A stretch of 64,000 bases of DNA from positions 203,300,001 through 203,364,000 of the forward strand of contig NC_086097.1 in NCBI RefSeq assembly GCF_963921235.1, written 5' to 3'. Source of the stretch: Mobula hypostoma. Lineage: Eukaryota. A program made the position numbers and the translations under genes. Each line of letters begins with the position of its first letter. Positions within the stretch are counted from its first letter, which is position 1. Positions 24,976-37,759 of this stretch are shown piece after piece. Under the pieces are notes generated by a model that saw only the letters and a list, made by a program, of their open reading frames with translations, made no database searches and had not been told where the DNA came from.

Positions 24976-26149
24976 CTGATAATACATTTTACTTTGAACT
25001 TTAAACTATATGATAACATGCTATCTGATCATAATTTACTTTGGACTTTGAAAATGGTGAATAAAACTGACAAAGAGCTAGTCAATAATAATGATTTATA
25101 ATTATGAAAAAATCCAAAACCAAAAGAAAAATCAAAGAAACTCTGTACACAAACCAACATATAGGCTTCCAGAGATTATGGAAAATTCTAAACTGAGTAC
25201 TGTTCATCTCAGTGAAGTGAATGGAATGCCAGTGCCAGGCCCATATAGACCAATTCCCTCTTTTCTCCAGGTTCTGATGGAAGCCTTTGTCTCCCATGTC
25301 ATTCTTTAAACGCTAAGTGCTTTATTTACCCTGGTGGGAGTGATTTTGGAATTACTAAATTGGTTTCCAGGGGGTACATTAGAAATGAGAACATCTGAGC
25401 AAGGGTTAACTATCCTGGAATGTCAGAATTTGGCTAAGACTTCACTGATGCTTCAGGGTCAAATGGCTGACAAGCGGACTGCTGCTCCTGAGAGCCATGT
25501 TGGGTGCTGCGGTGTCTCAGTTCCAGGAAACTAGATTTCACCTGGATCGCAGGTGTTGTATGTGTGGAGCTTGCATTTTCTTCCAACAATGTGGATTTCT
25601 GCTCAGGCTTGATCACCCATTCCCAAAGATGTCCTGACAGGTCAATTGGCTGCTGTAAACCACTGCATAGTCCAGATAAGTGCCAGAAGAGTAATAAGGG
25701 GAGTTGATAGACATATTGAGAGGGAATAAATTTCACATGGAAATCAGAAGCATGGTTCTGATGGAAGTAATCTGCTGAGAGCAGGCATGGATCCGATGAG
25801 CTAAAAGGACCTTCTCTCTCTTACTATCGTAGGCAATCTACCTGAGATTGGTGGCAGTAATTAGTTCACAATGTCGTGTAACTTATATGTGATCCTCTTA
25901 CACCTAGAAAATTTCTATGTTATTAGGAAGGCTGTGCCTCTGTTGACTCATTATCTGCTGACAAAACTGGAAAAAGCAGGTTCATGGAAGCTCTCACCAG
26001 ATGGTTCTATACATTACAAGAAGCAACCAAAATCTAGTTCCGACATCATTTTCTCTTCATATTAATACGCACTGACAGTTCAGCAAGGATCACAGCTGTT
26101 TTGACTTTTTGAAGCTGGATACAGAGTCTCTGAAAGCCAGTGGAGCTAA

Positions 26150-26379
26150 ATGACTTCTCTGTTTAAACCTATCAAGAAATGGAGGGATTCTGAGGAAGAT
26201 CCCTTGATCAGACCAGTGACAGATAAACTGAATGCTCAGAGAAGAAATGCTGGGGCTGATTTGATAAGAGTTAAGTACACTCAGAAGGATCGAGAGAGAC
26301 TGGCATCACATGAGAGTCTGGATTATTTGCCTTCTCACAGTGAAGTTTATAAAAAATGGCTGAGAGAAGAGCCTTACAG
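26150..26379 (+). CDS. CLC-6/7-related chloride/proton exchanger-like gene, coding exon 1
   Basis: ATG directly after an in-frame TAA. Encodes ..HESLDYLPSHSEVYKKWL (CLC-6/7 ESLDY motif). Donor AG|gtaatg, phase 2. Confidence 0.85.
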
Positions 26380-26804
26380 GTAATGAACACAATTTCTAAC
26401 CATTCTTCGTTTTTCCTTTCAAAGTTAAGAAATTAATGTCGACATATAAAAATGGAAGAATTATAAAGGTTATCACTACTTTCCTCTACTTAGTCAAGGG
26501 GCAGAAGAGTAGCCAGCATTTTTACAATCAACTCTAAAACTATGAGTAATACATATGGGGTACTTGTGTCACGTACAAAAATTGACTGTGGAGGAGATTG
26601 GTCTCAGATGGGATTTCTTTCATGATGGAATAGCCCACATATGCTTCCTGCATGCACGAAGAAAGGGTACTTAGCCAAAGGGCTGGTGGTACTTGGTGTC
26701 CATAGAATTGTATCCTAGCAGAAGTAAATGGCTTTGTATGAAAGTACTAAAGATGAAAAAGGGAGAAGCCCTTTTTCAGAAAATAATCACTTAAATTCAT
26801 GAGT

Positions 26805-27445
26805 TCAGAATCAGAATTAGGCTTAATATCACTGGTATATGTAGCAAAATTTGTTGTTTAGCGGGGAAGAAGCAGTTCCTGAAACATTGAATGTGTGTCC
26901 TCTGGTTCCTGTACCATTTCCTTGATGGTACCAATTGGAAGAGGATGATAGGGGTCTTTAATAATGAATGCTACTTTTTTGAGGCATCACCTTTTGAAGA
27001 TGTCCTCGATGCTGGAGAGGCTTGTGCCCATGATGGAAATGGCTGAGTTTACAACTACTTGCAGCTTTTTCTGCTCCTATGCAGTGGCCCCTCCATACCA
27101 AGCAGTGATACCTCCAGAGCACATCAGTGGAAATGTCTTTGGTTACATACCAATTATCCTCAAACTCGTTATGAAATGTGGAAAAAAGTACAGTTGATGT
27201 TTTGGCCCATTCTTTTTCCTATAGATGCTGCCTGACCTGCTGATTTCCTCCAGCATTTTGTGTGTGTTGCTTGGATTTACAGCATCTGCAGATTTTCCCT
27301 TCCTTATGGCACTGTCATGCCTTCTTTGTAACTGCATCAATATGTTGAGCTCAGGATAGATCTTCAGAGATATTGGCACCCAAGAACTTGAAACTGCTCA
27401 CAATTTCTACTACTGATCCCTTGATGAGAACTGGTGTGTGTTCTC
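26805..27445 (-). mobile_element. Rex1/Babar-like LINE 3' fragment with a nested Penelope-like piece (~27175-27300)
   Basis: (CAGAAT)n tail on the plus strand and decayed ORF2 C-terminus. A similar fragment lies at 28137-28510. Confidence 0.65.
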
Positions 27446-29226
27446 TAAAAACTGTATGGGAATTCAGTTTGTATTCAGCTAGTTCCAGTGGGCAAGATTT
27501 TCCATTTATTATTTGGTGGCCTTTTAAATTCGCTGGAGAGTTTTCTCAAAACCCATCCATGAGATTTGTTGGACATTGTTACAAATTTATACGCAGCTAC
27601 TGTGTGGAGAATTGGTGTGTGTCTTGGAAGTGATATGCTATAATTAGATAATTTGTTATTGTGTATATTCATGTTAGAAATAAGCTATTGGCATATAAAT
27701 AAAGACAATCTTTATTTACAGAACTTTGGATATAAAACAGATACAGAATTATTATTTTCCTGGCTGATGATAGTAGTAATATTATCTAATAACATTTACA
27801 ACTCATTCACAAGAAGATGTCTTTCAAATTACTGATTTAATTGCATAGTATTTTCTAATTGGTCACTAGTTCTAAGAATTACTTCTCTCCATCTATTAAT
27901 GAATATTTCCTCTTTTCGACGTTCAAGAAACGATGGGAGTCGGATGGTGTACATGGTGGAAGCAAGTAGAACATAGAACGGTACAGTACAGTAACAGGCC
28001 CTTTGGCCCGTGATGTCTGTCACTTGCAGGGAGAAGCAGGCAACATGGTGCAGGAATAACAAACTAGCTATTATACTGCGGCTACAGGAAACACCACTTA
28101 CTTCGCAAACAGAATAGTAAAATAACTTACCTTACAAATCGGAATCAGGTTTAATATCATTGAAATTTGTTGTTTTGCAGCAGCAGCACAGTTCAATACC
28201 TAATCAACTTTAAAATATAAGATATATGTCCTGGGCATTGGGGTCCTTAATGATGAATGCCGCTTTTTTGAGACATCGCCTTTTGAAGGTGTCCTTGATG
28301 CTGGGAGACTAGTGTCAATGATGGAGCCGGCTAAGTTTGCAACCCTCTGCAGCTTTTTCTTATCCTCTGCAGTGGCCCCTCCAGACGAGATGATGCAACC
28401 AGTTAGAATGCTTCCCATAGTACATCTAGGGAAACTTGCTGGAGCCTTTGGTGACATATCAAATCTCCTCAAACTGCTAATGAAGTATAGCCGCTGATGT
28501 GCCTTCTGATGTAGTCCCATTTCACCTGCAAGCTATCATTAAAAAAGAATTCTTGTTAACATGAAGACATGTAGTCTCATTCAAGAATTTCAGAGGCCCT
28601 ACAGCCTCCAGTGAGCAGATCACTCCTCTGGCCTTCTTTCTGTCTTCTGATGGGTTAGCATGCAGTTCCAGATTTTTTTGAGTTTCAATCTCTGATCCAG
28701 CCCTTGCCCAACTGTTCTGAGAAGTTAAAATTCAGCCCCTGGTGTCTGTGAGATCTGAAGGATAACCCTTCAGATTTGCTCTCTGATTGCAACTTCCAAA
28801 TCAGTATTTCAATATACTATTGCCCTGCAACTGTTAGACAGATTACCCACCATACTAGCGGCACGCTGTGCTTTAAAAATACACTAAAAATACCTTATGC
28901 TGAGCTGAAATATTCTGTAAGTTGCAAATCGTTATTAATGTCATGTGATGTGCTGTGTCACTGTTAGTCTCATATGTGTTGACCAATTATGAGATTTGTG
29001 CTGTAAGCACAAACTAAATAGTGCAAGAAGATAGAGCTGCTAATTCACAATGGAAACACCCTGATAAGGAAATAAGGAAATAAATTAAAATCATGAAATG
29101 CCAGTTAACTTGGGAGGCCCTTAAAAGGAATAATTGAAGTTGTGAACTCTTATATTTCAAATAGTGGATTGATGGTAGGGTTTGTTAAATTTTAAATTTT
29201 AACCTCCTTTATTGATTTATTTTCAA

Positions 29227-29326
29227 CGCAAAGTCCTGACGAAGGGTCTCGGCCCGAAATGTCGACTGTACCTCTTCCTAGAGATGCTGCCTGGCCTGCT
29301 GCGTTCACCAGCAACTTTTATGTGTG
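29227..29326 (+). mobile_element. Short Penelope-derived insertion with hammerhead core and 15-bp TSD
   Basis: TSD TTGATTTATTTTCAA at 29212-29226 and 29327-29341. Confidence 0.85.
29232..29267 (+). ncRNA. Minimal type I hammerhead ribozyme motif
   Basis: AGTC-CTGACGA-AGGGTCTCGGCCC-GAAA-TGTC-GACT. Confidence 0.8.
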
Positions 29327-30784
29327 TTGATTTATTTTCAATCTTATTCCAATCTTATTTCTCTTCCTTTTACCTGCTTCTCTATCTAATTTGAGACTTA
29401 TTTCCTTTTCCAACATCTTCCAGTTATTTTGTGTACCCTTAAAATATTATTGATTGTGACAGACTTCAAAATAATATTTTAATTTTACAGAAAGTAAATG
29501 GCAAATGATTGAGAAGAAAATGAGACAGGAATATTTCCAATTAAGTACAGAAGTCAAACACTAGGTTAATATTCCCCACTGTCCACATTAACAGTTTGCA
29601 TTGTTAGATATCCAAAGTTGAATATAATTGGAACTGAAGGAAAGGAAGACAGTCCCATTCAGGGCACAGGGAATCAAAGAGAAAGGAAGAAAGGTCAACT
29701 AAAGGCAAACCACAAGATGAGCATTAGTTCTCCAACATTGGTGCACGAAACTCTTAGATTTAATGAATTGGAACTTGTTAGAAAATGACATCTGCTGTGT
29801 TTCCCAGTGTGTTAGAAGTTTAACAAGTTTAGCTAAGCCTGGGCAAGTTTAGGTTTCTGTGTGTATGTAGAAGTACTGAACCTGTTGAGCATGCTTCAGC
29901 TGTGATTCCCTGAACAAGTTGCAATTCCCCAGAAATTTTGCTATGGATTCTGCCTTCTAAGTCTGCAGTGTGTTAGATTTGAAGTAGAAACATCAATTAG
30001 AATCATTTGAATAGAGAACTATTGCAAGAGGCAAAGGCAACGTGCATTGTTTTAATCAATGGAGTTTGTTTTTAAATTCTTAATGCTCTTTTTTAAGTGA
30101 TTTTGAAAATATATGTATATAAATGCAATTTAGTTTTTAAGTTGTTTGATTCAGTTTTAAAATTCTTCTGATTGTCAAGGAAATTTTAACTCTTATCTGT
30201 GGATAGTCCTATTGATGTGTCTTAGCTGGCTGTCTAAAATTTTTAGGGTGTTTCATGTGTAGGGTTTACACTGCCCCACCTATATGAAAAGTTATGCTGT
30301 GTAATAACTTACCAGCACTGGACCTTAACATTTTGGATTGAGACGACTTTGGGATGCAAGTTAGCATTGTGAGATCTGGACAAAGATGGTCTATATTTGT
30401 AAGCATATGGGCAGGGAGTGCATGTGGTTGTCTCTGGCAGCATTTATGGCCATAGTATTTTCCATTCTTTCATTATTGATGTATTATTCTGGATGGCCCA
30501 AGAATTGGCAGAAAAGGAGGAGCAATAACCGCGTCAACCTTTACCAAAAACTTCTCTATCTTTCTAAGGACAGGAAACAGAAGCTATAAGACCTATGTAA
30601 TTGAGGAGCAGTACATGAGACTTAGCAGCTCAAAACCAGGTACCCACGAGCAGTCTGTAAATTTTCAATCCAACACTACCTGTAACCTTGAAAGCTGGCA
30701 TACCATTCACTCTACTAATACCATCAAAGTTAGGGATTTGAAAGTGTTCAATAAAGAGTGTGGAAGAGAATGGCAGGAACAGCA

Positions 30785-31335
30785 ACATCCATCCTACAGA
30801 TGCACTGTAGAAAGTACCTTAATCGGGTGCATCATGGCCTGATAGATTAATTCCAACACACAGGAACACAAGACCCTGCAAAGAGAGGTGGATGCAGCCC
30901 AGTCCATTGTGTGCACAACCTTTCCCACCAATGACAGCATCTACAGGAGGTACAGCCTCAAAATGGCAGTATCTATCATCAAGGATCTCCACCATCCAGA
31001 TCATGCCATCTTCTCACTGCTACCATCAAGCAGGAGGTACAGAAGCCTTGAGTCCCAGATCGCTGGGTTCAGGAACAGTTGTATTCCTACAACCATCAAC
31101 CATTCTTGAGCTGATCTGCATGACCCTAACCCTGGGCCAGCAATGGGACACCAAAGATCACTTTTTGCACTGTCATTGACTACGTCTGATTCTTTTTTCC
31201 TTTCTTTCTTTCCTTGCTGTCTTGCATTATTTATATTTTGTGTTGGCTGTGCCCATATGCCTGTGATGCTGCTTCAAGCAAGATGTTTATTGTACCTGCA
31301 CCTCAATGTACTTAGGCATGTGCCAACAAACTCAG
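30785..31335 (+). mobile_element. Rex1/Babar-like LINE 3' fragment
   Basis: YRCTVESTLIGCIMA and IIKDLHHPDHAIFSLLPSSRRYRSL. Confidence 0.75.
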
Positions 31336-32733
31336 CAGAAAGTTGCCTTCTAAATAGCAGCAAACTGTGAAAGGATTAAATGATCAAAGCTCTGCAGACC
31401 TGCCACATCCATGTGTGTGATAATGTACAATCAATGAGGGGGAGCCTCCATGAAAGTCACCCTCCTCAAAAAACAAGGTCAAAGCATTTGTGATGTTCTT
31501 TTGCCAGAAGAGCAGAGTCTTTGGTCACTCCCTGATGTTATCTCCTTCACAGAGGCTAATCTTTATCAAATGTTGTTCTATTCACATGATGTCAAGAGCG
31601 GCTTAGAACAGTGGTCACATTAGAGGCTATTGTGCCCCAAAAACATCCTTGACTTGGTACTGTGGAGTCATACTCCGGCACTAGCTGTGCCTCCCACCAA
31701 GCCAATCCAGTGCATCAACTCAACAATGTGGAACATTGCCTAGTTAATTAATACTCAGAACACACAGGGCAAATCTATATGCTAGTTTGTTCTCAATTCC
31801 GATGGTGCAAGTTCACACTCAATAATGATCAAAACAATGAAAGGTAATGTCCACTAACAAATTAGACATAATGTGACTCCAGTAGAAAGCACTCTAATGG
31901 CTTGAAGTAACCCCAGCCCCAGGAAAGTCCCCAAATGTTGTTTTAACTGTTTTATCAACTACCTTCTCTCTATTAAAGTATCTTAACTGGTGGTGTTCAT
32001 TAATGACTGCACAATAATAAAATTATGAAGACCAGTTGTGTAGAATTAGCATGTGCTTCCTCATGTTTAGGAGAAGGAGTGGTATGTTAAGGCTATTATT
32101 TCCTCTTGTAGAAATATCCAGAATGAGTAACTCTTCAATGAATTTCATTAATTTGTGAGTGAAATTACTGGGTACTTTTTAGAATATAGAGCATGCAGCA
32201 CAGGAAAAGGCCCTTTGGCCAACAATGTCTGTGCCAAACATGAAGCCGAATTAAGTTAAATCTCTTCTGCCTGCACATGATCTATATTCCTCTATTCCCT
32301 ACATTTTCACGTGCCTATTTCAAAGCCTTATAAATGCCACAATTGAATGCCTCCACTAGTACCCATGGAGCTGGTTCTAAGCACCTACCACACTGTACAA
32401 ACAGACATCCTGCCCTCACATCTCTTAAGCTTTCCCGCCTCTCACCTTAAATGCATGTCCTCTATTATCTGAAGTTTCCATTCTTTGCCAGAAAGGTTAG
32501 ATGTAATTTGGAAATTGCTCACCCAAGAAGCTCCAGGCACTGGATCAATTGAATCTTCAAGTCTGAAAGCGACAGTTTTTTTGGTTAAATACAGGGGTTG
32601 TTTGACATGGATGAAAAAACAAGTAAATGGAATTGTCAGTCAAGATTTGATGTTAAACCAGCATGGTGGAGCAGAATAGTTGAACTTCTCATGTGCCTGT
32701 TTGAGTACACTCATTTTTTCCCTTCTCTTCTAG

Positions 32734-32863
32734 GTCAGACTGGGACCACTGGTTTATGATGGGATTGATTGGAATAGCAGTTGGAATCCTGGGTTTTTTT
32801 GTATACCAGGCCATTGACACAATTAATACATTGAAATGGAAGTTGGTTCTGCATTATATCCAG
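32734..32863 (+). CDS. CLC-like gene exon 2 (SDWDHWFMMGLIGIAVGILGFFVYQ..LKWK..IQ)
   Basis: Polypyrimidine-tag acceptor, gtaaag donor, phases 2/0. CLC helix B pattern W..IG..G..K. Confidence 0.9.
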
Positions 32864-33549
32864 GTAAAGAACAATTACAAAAGACTGTGTGTTAATGAAT
32901 ACTAAATTTTCTTTTCAGTTTCTGAATTGTAATTTGTTTTCTTTGTGTTTAAATTATGCAACTGTGAAAGCAGAAATAACACAGTTCCACTTGTTTCTAA
33001 TTTTCTTGTTAAGTTAACTCATTACTTTATAATAATTTTATTTCTGGCACAGCAGGCCAGATGAAGAGTCTCGACATAAAATGCTGACTGTCCATTTTTC
33101 TCCTCAGATGCTGCCTGACCCATTGATTTCCTCTGGCATGTTTGTTGCTCCAAGTTCCAGCATCTGTTGTCTCTTGTGTCTCTAAAACATTTCTCTACTT
33201 TTATATATAAACATTGAGCAGTCATTTTCCTCCTTAGCTCGTATGTCATGCATCATTTCTGGCTGAGTGCCAAGAGATAGGCTGTGATCAGTTAAGAGAG
33301 TGTTGCGAGGGAAGAGTGGGTGTGTTGGGCAGTCTGGATGGGTGGGTTAGTAGTGCCTCCCTTGAAATACACTGATCAGCACCATGAAAGACACAGATCA
33401 GTCCCATGGTAAGCCACAGTTCAAGGAATGTGTATACTTAATGTTTCATTGATGAAATGTACCCCATCTTTCCTTAGGAATAATTTACATGAGAGATAAC
33501 ATATTCGGTTTCCAACCTAACCAAACTTATTTTTAAAAACTATATATAG

Positions 33550-33630
33550 AACAATCAATTTTTCCTCACGTGGATCTATGTCGTTGGAATTGGAGCAGTA
33601 ATGGTCACACTGTCATCTGGAGTGGTGCTG
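33550..33630 (+). CDS. CLC-like gene exon 3 (NNQFFLTWIYVVGIGAVMVTLSSGVVL)
   Basis: 81-nt phase 0/0 hydrophobic exon with gtaagc donor. The acceptor is weak (tatatatag). Confidence 0.75.
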
Positions 33631-33744
33631 GTAAGCTCCTCTCTTGTAAACTTTTCACAAGCTAGTTTCTAATAAGTTAATTATGAAACATTGTAGATCA
33701 AATGGTTCATATTTAATGAGATGGATAATGAAGTGGGACTGGAG

Positions 33745-34545
33745 AATCAGAATCAGGATCAAGTTTAATATTACTGGCATATATCGTGAAATTTGTAACT
33801 TTTCAACAGCAGTACAATGCAATACATGGTAAATATAGGAAAAAAGCTGAATTACAATAAGTATATATGTATATTAAATAGTTCAATTAAAATAAGTGGT
33901 ACAAAAACAGGAATTAAAGAAAATAGTGACGTAGTGTTCATGGGTTCAATGCCCATTTAGGAATCGGATGGCAGAGGGGAAGAAGCTGTTCCTGAATTGC
34001 TGAGTGTGTGCCTTCAGGCTTCCATACCTCCTACCTGATGGTAACGGTGAGAAAAGGGCATGCCCTGGGTGCTGGAGGTCCTTAACAATGGACCCTACCT
34101 TTCTGAGGCACCGCTCCCTGAAGATGTCTTGGATATTATGGAGGCTAGTACCCATGATGGAGCTGACTAATTTTACCACTTACTGCAGCTTACTTCGATC
34201 CTGTGCAGTAGGCCCTCCATACCAGACAGTGATTGTTTAAGGTGACAAACCCTTGTCTTACCTTTCCTGAAGTCCACAATCAGCTCTTTGGTCTCACTAA
34301 CGTTGGGTGCAAGGTTATTGCTATGTCACCACTCAACTAGCTGGTAGTCCTCTCATCGCCATCTCTGATTCTGCCAACAGTGGTTGTTTATATATGGCAT
34401 TTAAGCCATGCCTAGACACACAGTCATGTGTGTAGCGACAGTAGAGCAGAGGGCTAAGCACACATCCCTGAGGTGCGCCAATCCGCACAAATTGTAGTCT
34501 TTCCGCTTAGTAAGTTGAGGATTTAGTAGCAGAGGGAGGTACAGA
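33745..34545 (-). mobile_element. Rex1/Babar-like LINE, internally deleted
   Basis: IVKDLQHPGHALFSPLPSGRRYGSL..FRNSFFPSAIRFLN. Confidence 0.8.
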
Positions 34546-34774
34546 GGCCCAGATTCTACAGATATCGAAATCATACAAGTGAAGAGAAGGGCAGCTGGGA
34601 ATGGCTTATCCATTGAAGAAAGCAGTCAAAGAAATATTTAAGTGTTTGAATTGTTCCTTGGGCTTTCATTTATCAAGTTACTTTGCTTGCCTTTATTAAG
34701 GTGGTTAGGCGAGTTGGAATGTTAATTCTGATTACAGTACTGTACCTCTCTACAGATGTTGCCTGACCTATTCA

Positions 34775-36610
34775 AAGTAAAAATCAAAGTAAAATTTATT
34801 ATCAGAGTACATATATGTCACCACATCCAACCCTGAGATTCTTTTTCTGCGGGCATACTTGGCAAATCTATAGAACAGTAGCTGTAGACTTAAACGTCAG
34901 GAACTGTAAACTGTAAACAAACTGTTCAGATGCAGATATAAATAAATAGCAATAAATAACAAGCATGAAATAATAATATAGCAAAGTCCTTAAATGAGTG
35001 TTGCTATTCCCGTTTGTTCAAGAGCCTGATGGTTAAGGGGTAGTAACTGTTCTTGAACCTGGTGGTGCAAGTCCTGAGGCTCCTGTACTTCTACCTGATG
35101 GCAGCAGTGATAAAAGAGCATAGCCTGGGTGGTGAGCATCTTTGATGACGGATGCTGCTTTTCTACGGCAGTGTTTCAAGTTGATGTGCACAATGGTTGG
35201 GAGGGATTTACCTGTGATGTACTGGACCGGATCCACTACCTTTTGTAGGATTTTCTGCTCAGAGGTTTTGGTGTTTCCGTACCAGGCCATAACGCAGCCA
35301 GTTAGCACACTTCCCACCACACATCTATAGAAGTTTGTGAAGGTTTTTGATAACATGCCGAATCTCCACAGACTCCTGAGCCAAGGAAGTAGAGGCACTG
35401 TCATGCTTTCTTCACAATAATATTCATATGATGGGTTGAGGACTTAGTGACTCCCAGGAATTTAAAGTTACTGACCCTCTCCCCCTCTGATCCTCTGATG
35501 ATTACTGGTTCATGGACCTCTGGTTTCCCTCTGAAGTTTATGATTAGTTCCTTAGTCTTGTTGATATTGAGTGAGAAGTTGCTGTTATTACACCACTCAG
35601 CTACGTTTTCAATCTCCCTCCTGTATGCTGATTCATCGCCACCTTTGATACAAGCCACAGCAGAGATGTCGTCAGCAAACTTATATATGGCGTTGGAGTT
35701 GTACTTAGCCTCGCAGTCATAGGTATAAAGCCAGTAGATCAGGGGGCTAAGTACACATCCCTGTGGTGCTCCTGTGCTGGTGGAAATTATGGAGGAGATA
35801 TTTTTGGCAATCCGAACTGTAGTCATAAAGAGCATCCTGATGTATGCATCTTTGCTGTCAGCTGATCCAGGGTTGTGTGAAGAGCCAATGAGATAGCATC
35901 TGCTGTAGGCATGTTGCTTCAGTAGGTGAATTGGAAAGGATCCAAGTCACCATTCAGACAGGAGCTGTGTGGAGGGTTTTGGCCAACTGGGGTTGGGTAA
36001 GTACCTTTGCAAGACCATAGAATTGTGTGTCTGTATTGCTTAAGAGTTAGTCAGCAGAAAATCATGAAGCTGTCCTCTGCCCTACTGCTGTAGACATAAA
36101 ATGACATGGTGTTGCTCTCTAGCTTGCAGCTGTACACCACGAGGCTACGTGACTTAGGTGTTCCTCCCTGTAGCTTGCCTAGGACAATACAAAACATGGA
36201 AATGTTGAACAAACTAGTCCTGTTAGAACTAACCATAAAGGGGGTGCATGTGCTGATTGTAAATGGAGTTGTTGCTCTCTGGTGCGGGATGGTTCTCCGT
36301 GTCACATAAATAAAGAGTCTCCTAATGAATACCTTGGTCTGAGTCTTGTGGGGAAAACAAATTCTCTAACAAGTTGATATGCTTCAACACCGACCACTCA
36401 AAACACTTCATCACTGTGGATGTAAGTGCCACTGTATGATAGTCATTTAGACAGGTTACCACGCTCTTCTTGGGCACTGGTACAATTGAAGCCTGCTTGA
36501 AGCGGATGGGTACCACACTCTGCGGGAGTGAGAGGTTGAAGATACCCGGGAATTCACCAGCCAGTTGGTTGGCACATGTCTTCAGTACATGTCTTCTCAC
36601 TCCTTCAGGA
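34775..36610 (-). mobile_element. Rex1/Babar-like LINE RT region, decayed
   Basis: STGAPQGCVLSPLIY..KFADD, FKQASIVPVPKK..LNDY..ALTS..MKCFE and FYRCVVGSVLTGCVMAWYG. Confidence 0.85.
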
Positions 36611-37583
36611 GACTGCAGCATCAACCTCCATTTGGTCTGTTAGGAGCACAGGACCTCCCACCTTGCATCTGCACTGTCTTTTCAGTGAAAGTGGGAGCTG
36701 TTTCCTGACCCTTGCAGCCTCTATTTCCTTCAAAGTTTATGATGTTGCTACCATGAGAAATGAAGCTCCATGAGCTGATAACCTTCTTTGAAGGCTACGC
36801 AAAATTGGGTGAGGTCCTGTCAAGATTTGCACAAGTCTCGTACTGGTAATTATTTCTGGGTGTAAAACATGCAACAGCGTTTCATACTGCTGACTGTGTC
36901 AGTTTTGCAGTTTATTCATAGAATGGCAGAGTCGTGCAATGCAGAAACAGGCTCTCCAGTCCACACCGTCCATGCTGCCCATGGTACTCATCTATCTGCA
37001 TTATGTCCATAATCTTCTATGCCATGGTAGTTCAAGTACTTGCCTTGATATTTTTTAACCATTTCTTAAAGCAACCAGTGCAAACTACAGCCACCCTCTG
37101 TGGGGAAAAATATTCCCTTCAGATCCCCTCTAAAGTTTCTACTTCTCACTTTAAGCTTATTGCTTCTTGTCTCTTGCACCCTCCTCGCAGGAATAAGATT
37201 TACTTTCTACTGTATGTGCCTCGTAATTTTATACACTTTTCTCAAGTCACCTCTTAGTTTTATCTGCTCTAGGGAAAACAAACCCAGCCTATCCAGTCTC
37301 TCCTTATATCTGAAATGTTCCAATCCAGGCAACATTCTGATGAATCTCCTCTGCACTCTCACCAACACAATCAAATCTTAAGTGTAGCCATATCTTGCAG
37401 CACCAAAAGTAAATTCACTCCATTTACAAGACATATTAAATGAATCATTTTTCTGACATCATCCTATGCCCCAAAATATTTAATGATCAGAAAGAAGAAC
37501 TTGTCTAAATTCACTTTTGTAAAAAACTTGAAGGATTCACTATAATTATCGCTGATTAACATTATTTGGTTTGGTATTTCCAG

Positions 37584-37759
37584 TTTCTTTGTCCATTAGG
37601 AATGCCAAGTGGCTTGCCTGAAGTGATTGGATTTCTGAATGGTGCCTCAGTTCAATACATCTTTAACATTAGAACACTGATTGGGACCATGGTGTCTTGT
37701 GTGTTAGCTGTAGCCTCTGGGCTTTTCTGTGGGCCAGAAGGACCAATGATTCATATGGG
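37584..37759 (+). CDS. CLC-like gene exon 4 (PSGLPE and GPEGPMIH signature motifs)
   Basis: FLCPLGMPSGLPEVIGFLNG...SGLFCGPEGPMIHMG, canonical splice sites, phases 0/2. Confidence 0.95.
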
